Assembly: GCF_009914755.1 (NCBI RefSeq)
Contig: NC_060948.1
From: the human T2T-CHM13v2.0 reference genome, Homo sapiens
DNA length: 64,000 bases
Strand: one strand, 5' to 3'
The notes under the pieces were generated by a model. The model was not told the DNA's origin. It did no database searches and was given only the letters and a program-made list of their open reading frames with translations. A program made the translations under genes and the position numbers. Positions within the stretch are counted from its first letter, which is position 1. Each line of letters opens with the position of its first letter. Positions 20,807 through 34,879 of this stretch are shown in pieces.

Positions 20807-22537
20807 TTTGTTTAAAAAATGTCATATGAAATGATACATATTTACAACTTAAGGCGTGATGTTCAACAGGTCATATACATTATGCATTGGATACATCCAG
20901 CCAATCAACATATGTGTGACCTCACATAGTTGTCATTTTTGTTGTGAAAAAACTTGACCTGCACTGTATTCGAATATTTTTAGAGAAAGAATATGTTACC
21001 ACTAGTTATAGTGAGCATGCTGAAGAAAATATTTTTAACCTATTCCTCCTTTATAACTAGAAGTATGAGTTCTTCATCCAGCATCTCGTCAGTGCACCCT
21101 CTTCACCGCAGTCATTGGAGTCACTACTTCTGTGAAGTCCGCTTTTTTGATTTCATATAAGAATGAGATCATGTGCTACTTTCCTTTCTGATACCTGGCT
21201 TATGTCACTTAACAGAATGGCATGCACACATTCAGCAGATTCCCACACATTCTCACAACTGGCAGGATTTCCTGATTTCTTATTGCAGCGCATATTTCCG
21301 TTGCGCATATGCGTTTTTGCCCCATTTTTTAATCCACTTATCAATGGAGGGACTCTCAGGTTGCTTCCGCATTTTGGCTACAGCAAAAATGTAATGAGTG
21401 CAGCAATAATTGCATGGGTGCGCGCACCGCTTCAACATACTGATCTGTGTACTGGCGGGCGTGCCCGGGTATTCTGATTTGCTGGATCATATAGTGGGTG
21501 GTTCTACTTGTAGATTTCTGAAGGCTGTTTATACTTAAATAAGAGCCATAAAGCTTCTTTAATGCCAGCACTAATTTACATTCTCCCCAAAAGTGAGCAG
21601 GGAATTCGTTTTCTCTGCCTCCTCACCAGAGATTAGGGTTTTCTTTTCTTTCTTTTTTTTTTTTTGTTTGTTTGTCTTTCGGATAATATGCATTCTGACT
21701 GAAGTGAGAAGAAATCTCATTGTGTTTTTGATTTGCATTTTCGTGATGGATTGGGGATAATGAGGAATTTTTAGTGTGTCTTCTGGGCAACTGTATGTCT
21801 CAGTTTCACAAATGAGTCTTCGCAGCCTTCGCCCATTTGTTTTCATGCTATTGAGTTGTTGGGAGTTCCTTATGTACTGTGACTATTCCCCCATGAACAG
21901 ATGTATGGTGATCCAATCATTGCTCCCATCCTGTAGGATGCCCCTTCTGTATGTTGAGTTTTCTATGGTGTGGTGAAGCACTTTAGTTTGATATGATTCC
22001 ATTCTCTATTTTTGATAGTGTTTACTGTGTTCTTGCAGTCACTTTGAGACCATCATTGCACACATGGACGCCATGGAGCTTCTTCCTTGTGATCTCTTCT
22101 GCTATTTTTATCGTTTCACATCTGACACTGGAGTTTGGTGATAAATAATCCACTTGTAAAATCCTTTGTGTGGCTATTCAGATTTCCCCAACCTAGTTTA
22201 TAGAAGATACTTGATTTTGCATTGGGCGTTCTTGCTTCTTTGGGAAAAGGCTGTGAGCTGCAAATGCAGTGACTTAGTTCTGGGCTCCTGTTGTTTTTCC
22301 TAAGCTCTAGTCTCTGCTTTTCTGCCAGTGCTATTGTATTTTGGTACAAAAAGTTTTGTAGTAGTATATCATGAAGTTAGGTAGTGTGGTGGCTCCAGCT
22401 TTGTGCTTTTTACTGGATTGCTCTGGGTTTTCAGGATCTTCTGCCATTTCATAGCAAATTTGGGATTCCCAGATTGTTTTTCTAAGAAGAATGTGTCATT
22501 GATATTTTTACAGGGGTTGTATAGAATCTGAGGATGA
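20807..22537 (-). mobile_element. Degenerate LINE-1 3' fragment, unit 2
   Basis: Near-identical copy of 500-2230 (offset +20307). Confidence 0.85.
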
Positions 22538-22596
22538 CTCAGGTAGTAGTGATGTCAATGCCGTTTAGACAATGTGCGTGTTTGTGTGCACAAGCT

Positions 22597-24027
22597 CAGG
22601 GCCAAGAGACACTGGGTGTCCTCACCAATACTGAGGTGGGCCTTAATATCCAGCCAGATTGCCTTCTGGAAACACACGGAATGTCCTGTTCTGTTTTGCC
22701 ATCTCTTCACATTTCCTCCCCTGTGAGCCCTGTGTGGTCCTCCAGATTCCCTGTGCGGTGGCCTGCCTTTTTTGGGGTGGGGAGTTGCTGGGTGAATGAG
22801 GATGGCGGAGGGAACCAAGTATGTCAGTGGAGCGTGGTGTCATCCAAACGGTACTTAGCAGGCCTGGGAGAGTCATTCTGGGAGGACGCAGACCTAGAGA
22901 GGCCTCAGGTGGGCATCTGTGTGGAGGGTGAGAGATCCCTGGTTGAGCCCAAACTGAACCCCAGGTAGAAGCAAGCCTCAGGACAGGGAAGTAGCTAGCA
23001 AGGGATGATGAGGCAGCTATCTCTTGACCCTGGCTTCCCACCCATTGACCTTAGCTACTTGTGCCTATTAAGCAGATTACGGTTCCCCCATCGTGAAATG
23101 TGGGTACCACAGTTCCCTGATGGGCATTTCTCCACCAGCCCATGATGGCCTGAGTTTCCTTACTGCAGTCTCCTCCCTGAGCCTTGGCTTCTCTATGTGT
23201 GTCCTAACTCCAGGACCCACAGGCCTGTCAACCCCCAGCCCTGGGCTGCTTCCCTGGCCTCTTCTCTGTTCCCTCTCTGAGGGCCTAACTCCCTTGGGTA
23301 GTGCTGCAGAATATAGAGCCACAGGCCCTGGCTGATGATCTGGTGGACTGGGCAAATTGGTCGTGACAGGTCAGGTTCTGGTTCAAAGCCAATTCCTCCG
23401 ATGCCAAGGAATGTCGAAGAAGGTCCTTTGCCATGATGCCCCATAGCTGCCCCACCTCAGCAATCGTGCCGTAACCTGGGCCCTCACAGTCAGACAACCA
23501 GCTGAAGAAGCTCAGGCAGTGACCTGCGGGAAACTCGGGCTTTCACCTGCATGACCCTAGAACCACTGGACTGCAGTGGAGCCAGTCGCCCTGTATCCTG
23601 GAGGGAGACGAGTCAGGAAGGCGCACGCCAGGCCCAGCTCCCGAGGTACTACCCCCTCTACTCCTCAGGGAGGATGCCAACGCAATACTCCTTAGTCATC
23701 ACTTTGTTTCCGAAGTAAATGTTGTGATGAAAGGCAAACTTCTTCCTACCCCTTGTATTCAGGGTGGCCGAGTTCCTCCACCTGCCTGTCCAAGAAGGAG
23801 AAACAGGGCTGTGAAGGGGCAATTTCATCTAGGTGGGCTGAGGTGGCATTCTAGCCGGGGTGAAGCATGCGTTTCCCCTTCCCAGCTTTCCCGCTGAGAC
23901 ACACCTGAGCCCCAGAAGGACCTCAACCTGACCAGGACCTTAGCACCCTCCCCCAGACCCAGGCTTTCCATCCTGACCTGCAAATCCAACATGCAGCTTT
24001 GAAGGACTTTCTCATGGTTTCTGAGCT
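22597..24027 (-). pseudogene. TSPY-family relic B, unit 2
   Basis: Near-identical copy of 2290-3720 (offset +20307); IISQGLWLYILQHY and SDCEGPGYGTIAE appear in the ORF track. Confidence 0.88.
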
Positions 24028-26071
24028 CCTTGCTCTCACCAGAAAGAATCAGAACTTTTAAAGTGTTCTTTATGCCAACTTAAATTTTTCATTTTTACTA
24101 CCTCATGTTTTGGATGAGGCATGTATTTTTAAATTTATTTTCACCCTTATTGTACCTCTATGATAAACTGCTTGCTTACATTCATACCGTAATTATCTCT
24201 CAGGTTACTTGTCTGTTCCTAAAGATTCACTGAAACGAAGAATTCTATATATGCTTGTATCTTTCAGCAACCGTATGTCAGATAGCACTGCACATTACTG
24301 CAGACATCGCATATACAGGTCCAAAGGTAGAGGAAGAAGAAGAAAGCAAGCGTTAAGCTCTATACATTCCTAAAAGCATATCAGAAACTCACAAATAACA
24401 GTGAAATCAAAGAATGATCACAGCCAATTCCATTACATACCTAGACTGAAATACGAAACTTCAAAGAAAAGAAACATTAGAACTTTGGGTTTGTAAAAAT
24501 TTTCCTATATAGATAAAATTATTGGTAACTGTGTCTCACTAGAAAACGTAAACAAAAGTCCATGTTTTTCATATTTGTAAATATACATAGTTTTATTTCC
24601 ATCAGTTATGACATGCAAGCAAGTAATAAAGTGAAAGTACAATCAAATGATATATGGAACTTCCTCAGTCTTAAAATATTCCATGGAGACTATCAATTTT
24701 ATGAAAACTATAAAGAATGCTTCATGAAACTACATTGTACAGTGCCATTTACTATTTTACTGACATTTTAAATAATCAACAATTAAAGGGAATACATCAA
24801 CATTATTTAATACCAATAACGTTATTTTTCTTGAGTAATCCTGTTGAAATTAAGGATTTTAAATAAAACATTAAAAACAAATTATATTGACTGATTTCAG
24901 CTTTGGATGAAATCATACTTGTGTATTTGTAGTAATGCGAAGCATAACTTTCTCCTCACAATTAATCTTTTATAACATCGGTGTTATAGTTTTCTCTGAC
25001 ACCAACATTGTGATATCGCACAGGTTTACTGCATGCATGCATTACATGCCTCCAGAGAGTAGGCTTCAAATATATGGAAAAATTATATTTATGAAAAAAT
25101 TCTAGGAAAGGGAATGGTGAAATGGAAGAGAATTTCTCACTTGCTAACTGTTGGACATGGATTTGTATATATTTGGATATAGACACATACTGGCACACTG
25201 TGAGTTTGCCCATGTATATATACACTTAAATGAGAAACCCATAATATATGGGTTGTGTAATCTTTTAATTAATCCATAATTGTATGTGTGTGAAATTAGA
25301 TAAGCGGTTACCTTTTCTTTACTCAATTTGATGGAAAGCCAAAAAACTCTGTCCACCTTCATTTCAATTAATCCAATACTGTTAACTGCTGGTAGCTTCA
25401 TTCTCCTTGTTCTCTTACGGCAACCGGAAAGTTAATTCTCGCTCTAATTTGGCTTTCAAGGTGCGATCAACAAGAGTGTCACCTTGCTGTGGATTGTGAC
25501 CTCTGACTCCACCTCTGTCTTCCTTTTGCAGTCCTACCTTTGCATAGGTAACAAACTTTGTACATGGTTAAAAGGATAAAAGTTCAGTGAAATGTCAAGC
25601 CATGCTGTGAAATGTTCCATAGTTTCTATATCTCTAATTGTCCTTTGATGTTATAGAGGCAAGAAAAATAATTCAATGTTTTTCTTAGTATCTAGTCCAA
25701 TGCACTCTTTCTTCATAATACTGCAAACAAGGCACTAACATGGAAACGTGGCTGGACGTCTCAAAATCTCTTCTCATTAATTACCATTATGTTAATCACT
25801 GTTGCCCACAACTGGAATTGGACTTTGAAATCCCCTGGTGGAAATTGCTATAATGGCTCAAACTACTGGAAAGACTATCTTTTTTTACCTGAAAATATCT
25901 GATGAGCATAGACGTATGCTATATACAGGAAGATATTGTACATTAACAACATACCATCACTGCCACTCAATAATAGGTATCCCAAACCTTTGAGCCAAAC
26001 TGAGCTCAGGTGCTCCCACAAACCAAGCTTTTCCCTCCACAGATTTCTTATGTCAAAAAGCCACAACTCCA

Positions 26072-26726
26072 GGCCAGGCTTCGTGGCTCTTGTTGTAATT
26101 TCTACATTTTGGGAGGCCGAGGTTGGTGGGTCACTTGAGGTCAGGAGTTGGAGACTAGCATGGGCAACATGGCAAAAAGCTGTCTCTACCAAAAATACAA
26201 AAATTAGCCAGACCTAGTGGCACTTTCCTGTGGTCCCAGCTACTTGGGAGGCTGAGGTAGGAGAACCACCTGAACATGGGTGGCAGAGATTGTATAGTAA
26301 GCCGAGATCAGACTACTGCACTCCAGCCTGGATGACACAGCGAGACCATGAAAAAAAAAATAAAGGCAACTCCACTCGTCCACTGGCTTAGGTAAAAAAT
26401 ACTGGAGTTGGCTGGGCTCGGTGGCTCACACCTGTATTCCCAGCACTTTGGATTTTGGGAAGCTGAGTCGGGCGGGTCACCTGAGATCTGTAGTAGGAGA
26501 GCAGCCTGGCCAACATGGTGAAGCCTGGCTTCTACTAAAAATACAAAACATTAGCTGAGCGTGGTGATGCATGCTTGTAATCCCAGCTACTGCAGAGGCT
26601 GAACCTGGGAGGCGGAGGATGTGTTGAGCTGAGATCCTGCCACTGCGCTCCAGCCTGGTCTACAGAGCGAGAGTACCCTGTGAGAAACAAAGGTGAAGAG
26701 AACAAGAAAAAAAAATGAGAAAAATA
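26072..26726 (+). mobile_element. Two tandem Alus, unit 2 (26072-26360; 26410-~26726)
   Basis: Copies of 5766-6435; the first Alu has a shortened tail in this unit. Confidence 0.9.
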
Positions 26727-26821
26727 AGACCCACTGCAAAAGGTTGCCACAGAAAAGATTAAACATTTCAGCAACTTCTATCTTCTATCATGGAAGCCAA
26801 GGTTATTTGGACCAAACCTCC

Positions 26822-27174
26822 TGTCTTAGTTCATTTTCACGCTGCTGAAGAAGAGATACCTGAAACTGGGAATAAAAGGAGGTTTAATTGGACTGACAGT
26901 TCCACATGGCTGTGGAGGCCTCAGAATCATGGTATACGAATAAAGGCACTTCTTACATGGCAATGCCAAGAGAGAATGAGGAAGAACCTGAGGCAGAAAC
27001 CCCTGAAAAACCCATCAGATCCCGTGAGACTTCTTCACTGTCACAAGAATAGCATGAGAAAGACCGACCCCCATGATTCAATTACCTCCCCCTGGGTCCC
27101 ACCCGCAACACGAGGGAATTCTGGGAGATACAATTGAAGCTGAGATTTGAATGGAGACACACCAAACCATGTCA
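26822..27174 (-). mobile_element. THE1-type solo LTR, unit 2
   Basis: Copy of 6531-6883. Confidence 0.88.
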
Positions 27175-30100
27175 CTTCCCAAACAATTAAAAATTCCCAA
27201 TAGAAGAAGCATTAATTATATCAAAAAGTGGTGGACCAAGAAGGAACTATTAGCCTCATATCTCAAGAAAGACTCCAGTCAAGGCCTAGGGACTACTCAT
27301 GAAAAGAGTTTAATAGCCGACTCTCTCCCAGTGGATCTGGATTCCACCGGACTGTATCTTCACAGTAAGGGTGAAACAGAAGCAAACCCATTCCTATTTC
27401 CAAGCTCAAGGAACTTTGGTCAAAGTTCTCTTGGAGCTGAGCAGAACAAGGAGGCAAACAGAAAAGATTTGTGTCCCTGAGAAGTCATGGCCACAGGCTG
27501 GCTATCACACAGATTGTCAAGCCAGTTCCATATTGCATGGGTATTACAGAAAATCTCAAAACATAAATTTGTGTGTGGGTTGTCCCAGAGTAGCAGGATC
27601 TGGCAGAAGGAAATTTCCTTCTAACCCTCAAAGAATCCACATAAATCTTGTTACATTTGGGATTTTACGATTTGCTTCAGGAATGAGAATGGCCTTAATT
27701 TTCATATCTTTTTCTACACTCAGTTTATGGCTTGTTGGCGTCAAAGTTCTGCTTGCTTCACACAATGAGTTTAGGATTTTCCCTTTTTTATTCTATAGAA
27801 TTCTTCATATATATTGAAATGCTCTGCCTGGGGAAAAAAATCTGAGCCTAGCGTTTTATCTCTAGGAAGAATCCTTTATTTCCTTGAACATTTATGAGAC
27901 TATACAGATTATATATGTCTTCTTGTATCAATTTTACTAAGCTATATACATAGCTTATGTTTATATATTATATATATAAATGTAAGATACAAATATAAAA
28001 ATTATGTATAAATATGAAAATATATATAGAAAGCGATATATATGTCTATATATATAGACAGATTATAAATATCTGTCTATTTGATCTAAGTTTTCAAATT
28101 TGTAGGTTAAGGTGTTAACGATATTTCCTTATTAGCTTCTTAATCTATGCTGTATCTATGGTTGTGTACCTTTTAAATTCTTAGTTTTATCTATGTTTTC
28201 TCCCTTTTTTTCTAAACTTGACTGACGGTTGCATCATTTATTATATTTCTCCAACAAGCAAAGGTTAGCTTTGTATGTTTTACTAATTTTGTCTACATCA
28301 TTATTCCCACACTTTAGTTTTTCAGAATTGATTCTGTTGTTTCTTTTCTAATTCTTTATTGAAATATCTAGTACATTAATTTTCAAGTTATTAGAGAAAT
28401 ATTTGTCTGTAAACTCCTATTGTAATATCACTTTTCTTGCTACTCACAGATTTAATCTTTAATATTGGCGGTATCATTGAGTTCTAAGTACATTTCAATT
28501 CCTAGTATGATAATCTATGAATTGCTGAGAAATAGTGTTTACAATTTTGTTGTTCTATTTCCACTTAAGTTTATTTTTACTTCTGCTAACTCAATTGAAA
28601 ATTCTTTACTAATTTTTAAAATCCTTGAACCCAAGAGATGGAGGTTGCAGTGAGCTGAGATCAGGCCACTGCATTCCAGACTGAGTGACAGAGTGGAACG
28701 AGATTTCAAAACAAAACAAAACAAAACAAAACAAAACAGTCACTGGAAAGATAATAAAATACATAAATGTGGGATGTAATATGTAATCGTGATAAAATAA
28801 ACTGGATTTTTTGTGTAAGTTATACATATAAATGTAATGCCAAGACACTGATAAGACAACTCATGGTCTTATCTCAATACTTAGTGTCTTCATGTAACAT
28901 ATGTCCTTTAGGATAGTTATAGTCCGTTTTCTTTCCAGGAGAGACAGATGAGAATGCAGAAATGTTAAAGTGCAAGGGACGGAAGCTTCCAGCTGTGCCC
29001 ACCTGTAACCTGACGTAGACAGTTCCACCGTTTGCTTCATTAATCATGCCAAAGGCTCTAATGCAAATGTGGTACAGAGTCACATGTTTTTGTATCTACA
29101 TGATAGAAACTATAACTTCATCCCTATATAGAAGGGTATATAGCATATGCCTCAGTGATAAATATAAGTGAATCATTGATCAGTAGGAAACCATTTTAAA
29201 AGTCTTTCATAACAGAACAAAATCCCTGAAAACATTTTCTTCTCAATCTCTGAGTTTTCTTACACGGCTTATGAATCTCTAGCCATACTAAAGAGATAGT
29301 ATGCTGCTCTTCCCACAAATTATTCATTGTATATAATTCCTGTAATCTAATAACAGTACCTTTACACCTCAGGGTTTAAAATGACTCCAACCTTTTTCTG
29401 TTTCTCCAATTAAAATAACTTTTTTAAGGTTTAATCTTCAGTAATTTTTTGTAGTAATATTTTTGAAGGTATTTGACCAGGATGATTTGCTTATATACCT
29501 ACCTGACGTCTCCCTTTCTTCTGAATACATATTTTATTACCCACCTATTAGATCTAAGTTTAAGAAGTTGGAATAGGGATTTAAATCTAAATTCTACATT
29601 TGAATTTACAGGAGTCAGCGAGTCCGGGAAGTGCCTTTATGCACAGACCAATATCTGGCAATGGCACTAGGAGACAAATAAGCTTTACCAGTCTCAAAGC
29701 CCTGGCTACTACAGTGAATCCACCCTTCTCCTGGATCTTATCTACTTCAGCAAAAGAAGGCCACCCACTAAACCAGGCCCTTGTACTTTGGGTGGAAACT
29801 CCTAAGTCCTCTAGTCTCCTCAAACAGACAGCCAGGCTGCCAATTTCCACAATAATAATTTCTATAGCACTGAGTCTTTGGTAGCCTTGTAACTATAGCT
29901 ACTGATGCTACAGTCTGGTCCCTGTATGATAAAACACCAGAGCAACAGAAACAAAAATATTGACTGAAGCCTTCTAAAATCTCTCTAAATATACCTTCAA
30001 TAAATATGGTTTTTTTTACAGAACGACTGCTTTCAGCTTCCTGAACTAACGCTTGGCCTTCGCTAGTTGTCACTGTTGAAATTGATTCAAAAGTGTACAT

Positions 30101-30396
30101 TTAACATGAAAGTCAACACAGAATTTCATGTGTCAGCAACTAAAATTTTCAAAATGTTGCAAAATACAAATGTGAAACTGTATTTGTGAAATTTACCATT
30201 CATTGAAATTATATTTTCATACCTACCCAGGCACAGAATTTTTTATAACTGTCTGCATGTTCTCCTCATGTGGGGGAAAAGCAGCATCAGCAGGCAGAGG
30301 AATCCTTTGAAGCTGGAGGGAGAGGTTGCAGTGATCTGAGAGTTTGCCACTTGACTGCAGCCTGGATGACACAGTGAGACTCCAACTGAAAAGAAA

Positions 30397-30437
<41 letters not shown>

Positions 30438-30502
30438 CCAAAATTGATAAGTAAAAAAAAAATCCATATTCGAAAACATGCTCACAGGCTAACTCCCATA
30501 TC

Positions 30503-30549
<47 letters not shown>

Positions 30550-30965
30550 TCCTTGAAAACGAAAGTTCCACAAGGGCAAAACAAGAAAACAAATTTAACA
30601 CCCCCCAAAGAAAGTACAAAGAGTAACCTCAAAAGAACTGCAGGGGAAAACAATTCAAAATTTACAAGTATCTACCCTAAAAGAAGCTGAAAGTCCCTCA
30701 AAAACTTTCCAGAGGCCATGTCCTTGTATTACAAAAATGATCATAAAAACTGGCAGGAGTAGACGAATAGAAATGCATCTTAAAACTTGCTAAACCCTTC
30801 AAGTCTCCCATAAGAATTGTAATGGAAAATGGATCGGTCGGCAGCTTTTTCCATACAATTATGAACAAATTATATTTCTTCATACATAGATTTGTTTTTT
30901 CAATATTCTAAGGAATTAACTTTTATATTAATAGTAGGTGATGTAAGAAAGCAGGCCTTTATCAA

Positions 30966-33866
30966 GATAACTGACACTGGATGTCCATACCATTACTCAG
31001 GTGGGCCTTAATTCCCAGCCGGGTTCCCTCCCTGGACACACACTGAAGGTCCCCAGCCATTTGGCAATCTCTTCACATTCCCAGCCCTGGAGGTAGCCCT
31101 AAAATACATGTACCTGAAGAAAATAAAACATTGCCTCACACTGGAGCCCAGTGTGGTCCTCCAGATTCCGTGTGAGGTGGACTAACTTATATGGGAAGGC
31201 AGGGCAGTGGGAGTGAGGATGGCAGAGAGGATTACACATGTCAAGGCAGCCGGGGTCATGGAAACAAAACATGACTGGCCTGGGAGAAACACTGTGAAAG
31301 GACATACACCTAGGTGGGCCTCAGGTGGACATCCTCGTGGAGAAAAAGGGGACCCTGGTTGATCTCAAAATGAGCCCCAGGTGGTAGCAGGTCTTACCGC
31401 AGGGCAGGGAGCTGGCGAGTAATGATGAGACAGCTATCCCTTAAGCCCTGCTTGTCACCCACTGACTTTAGCCACATATGCATCATAGTGGCTTAAGGTG
31501 CCCCGATCCTGAAATGTGGGTGTTACATGTCCCTGATGGGCCTCTCTCCCCCAACCCACGGATTGCCTGGGATTGCTCACTGCAGTCTCCTCCCGGATCC
31601 TTGGGTTCTCCATGTGGGGCCCAGATCCAGGTCAAAAGGCCTCTCAGTTCCCAGCCCTTCCCAGCCCTAGGCTGCTCGCCTGGCCTCCTCTCTGTTCCGC
31701 CTCTAGGGCTGACCCTCTCTCCATGGGATAGAACTGCAATGGATTGAGCCATAGGCCCTGGCTGATGATCTAGGGGACTGCAGAAGTGGGTCCAGGACAG
31801 TTCAGGTGACAGTTCAAAGCCAATTCCCCAGAGACCAAGGAATGACCAGCTAGGTCCTTTCCCATGATGCCCCACGGCGAACCCCACCTCAGCAATCCTG
31901 CCAAAACCCGGGCAGTCATGTTCAGCCAAACAGCTGAATGAGCTCAGGTAGGAGGTGTACTGCCTGCAGCTGGAGGCTTGACCTTCGTGATCCCAGAACC
32001 GCTGGACTGCAGTGGAATGAGACACCCTGTAGCCTGCAGGGAGAGGAGTCAGGAAGGTTCATGCCAGTCCCACCCTCCCACACACCAGCTCCCCTACCAT
32101 GCTGGGAGGCATTCCTTACCGAGGATGCCAACACAGTGCTCCTTCATGATGATTTCACTGTGGAAATAAAGGTTGGGATGAAAGGAAATCATCCTGCCAC
32201 CGGTAACCGGGATGGCTGAGTTCCTCCACCTGCCGGATCAAGGAGAAAGAGGATGGATTCAATGGGACCATCTCAACTAGCCGGGCTGAGGTGGCCTACT
32301 AGCTGTAGTGAACCATGAGTTTCCCCTTCCCAGCTCTCCCACTGAGACAACCCTGGTCCCCAGGGGGACCTCAAACTGACTCAGACACTGGACTCCTCCC
32401 ACAGACCCAGGCTCCCCAGCCTGACCTGCAAATCCATCACGTAGCAAAGCAGGACTTCCGCATGCTTTCCGACCCACGCCGACATCTCGTGTGCCAAACA
32501 ATCTACCTCTGCGCAAGAACTCTCCAGAGGATTGGGTGGGCAAGCCTCGTGACGCCTTGCAATTTCGCAAGAACACAGACAATGTGGAACAGGGCCATCT
32601 CCCAGACATTTGGCCAGTCACCCTTCATTGTTGGCCCTCTATCTCTGTCTGGCGAGGAGGCAACGCCACAACTGTGGTGGTTTTTGGAGTGGGTGGACCC
32701 CGGCCAAGACGGCCTGGGCTGACCAGAGACGGGAGGCAGAAAAAGTGGGCAGGTGGTTGCAGCTGAGGGACGGGAGGGGCCGGGGGTGGTGTGAGGCGGC
32801 TGCTTCTCTGAGTTTCTGAGATGCAGGAGGCCTTTGTGTGCTGGGTGCTGGACATGCTCCGCTGATGTCCGGGTGTGTGGTGTCCTCTTATCCTAGTCTC
32901 CCTGAGGGGTGGGCCTGTCCACCTGAGGGAAGCCTTGTAGTTAGAAGCCACAGCAGGGTCGTGCCTGGCGCTCTCCAAGGGAATTGCGTGGGTCCAGAGG
33001 AAGTTATACAGGCTCAGGGCCTACACGCCTTTGAGTGCAGCGCCTGCAGTTGGATGAATGCGCATCTGCGGAGCTGGTGCCCGCCGTCAGGTGGTCGGCA
33101 GCCCCATGCGCCGCGAACCCGTCTTAAGCACCTTGCGTTTCTGGGGTGAGCCTGCTGGAAACAGGCACCGAGAGCAGGGGTGGTTCAATGGCTGGTAATG
33201 GCATACAGATTCCCCGTCCTCCAGGGACGTTCCCAGGGAAACGCGTCCTTCGAATTTGGGCTGTGCGCAAAGGGACCTTGGCGCCGCGATTCTCCCTTGT
33301 CAGTGCTGGCCCTGGCTCCCCTTCCCTACCACGTGCTCCCAGGGCTGCTACAAGCGAGCTGCCCTCACAGCTGCGGGAACGTGGCCTCGGCTCCCACGCT
33401 GTCCCCCATCCCCTGCCTCCTGGCTGACCCCACGTGCCTCCCACCTGGCTCCTCCCCGCAAACAGCCCCCATACCCCCCGAGGCCCGATGACTATCCCCT
33501 GCTGCCCGCCATCCCAAATCGGCAGCCGCAAGGATATGGCTCTGGCTCACAAGGCGGAGATGCTCTGTGGCCTGGGGCATTCACGGAGCCCAGCTCCAAG
33601 TGAAGGACCTCCAGCGAGTCCATTGACGGCCCCGGTGTGCTCGGTCCAGGGCCAGGCTGTGCCCGCTGGCCCTCCTTCTGCCACCCCACGTCGGGCTCCA
33701 CCTCAACCACCACCTCCACCTCAGCCATGATGTCTTCCACCTTCAGCACCGCCTCCTCTTCCAAGGCCGCCTCCTTGCTCTGTACCCCGGCCGTCCTCTC
33801 CAGCATTGCCTCCAGCCTGAACACGGTTTTCTCCTGGGTGCTCCCACAGACCCTGGGCCTGCGCAG
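30966..33866 (-). pseudogene. TSPY-family relic A, unit 2
   Basis: Copy of 10660-13560 (offset +20306), same exon homologs and splice sites. Confidence 0.92.
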
Positions 33867-34879
33867 CCCAGCCCAGCCCAGCCCATGCCCCGCACCCGTA
33901 GGCTCTGGGGGCCCGCTCCCCAGCAGACCCGCTCCCTGCAAGACCCACGGGCGTCGCCCTGCTGTGAACCTGGTCCCACACCTACGTGGACCCAGGTTTC
34001 CTGAGGAGCTCCGCTGGACCCGCAGATCCCGCACTGGCCAAAGGGCTCCGGTCCCCAGCAGGCTCAACTGCGCACAGGAGCTCGGGAGCCAGAGGCCCCG
34101 GCCCTGGGCTTGCAGAGCCCCACCAACAGGCACCGCAACCGCTGCTGCGGGTGCGGGAGCCTCTGGGTCGTCAAGGCAGCGCACAACAGCGTGCGCGCAG
34201 GCCGACAATGGCCAACCCTGGCGGCTGGCCTCTGGTGTGCCCAGGGCATAGGACAAGAGGCCCTTTGGAATGCTCCTTGGAGTACAGCATCCTCAGGGAG
34301 GAAGCATGGTACTCGGAGCCTCTATTTGCCTCGACCTGTGAGAGTGTGTGCCGGGGCTCTGGCCTCTACAGCAGATCAATTCCACCTCAGCACCGGCAGG
34401 CGACTTTCCTCCCACGTGCCCGCCCCGATCACTTCCCCCAGGACACCCCTGCCGCCCTAGCCCCAGCAACCAGAGAGAGTTCTCTGCATCTGCTGTATTA
34501 CCTCCGTACCATCTACCTGGCCTGCCTAACGAAGAGAGATGTTTCCTGTGTTCATGACACATAGAGATGTTCATGGCTTGCCACACTGAGGATGTCAGGG
34601 CACAGGGCTGCCATGCCCACAATTCCAAAGGCCACGCAGCCCGCGTGTGCCCGGATGCCTAGCTACCCGGCACAAGCTCCAAGGGCTTCTCGGAGGAGGC
34701 TTGGGCAGGGAAGGCGGGGGTTGGGGGGGCTGGAGATGCAGGCCCGCCAGTGGCTGTGCCGCCCAGGGAGACGCCCACCGCCCTCCCATTGACTGGCCAC
34801 GACGGGAGGAAGTCGGCCTGGGTGCGGCCCCCCGGCCCTTCGCGCGCAGTCCCTTAGGGGGCGCCTGGAAGCCCGGCGC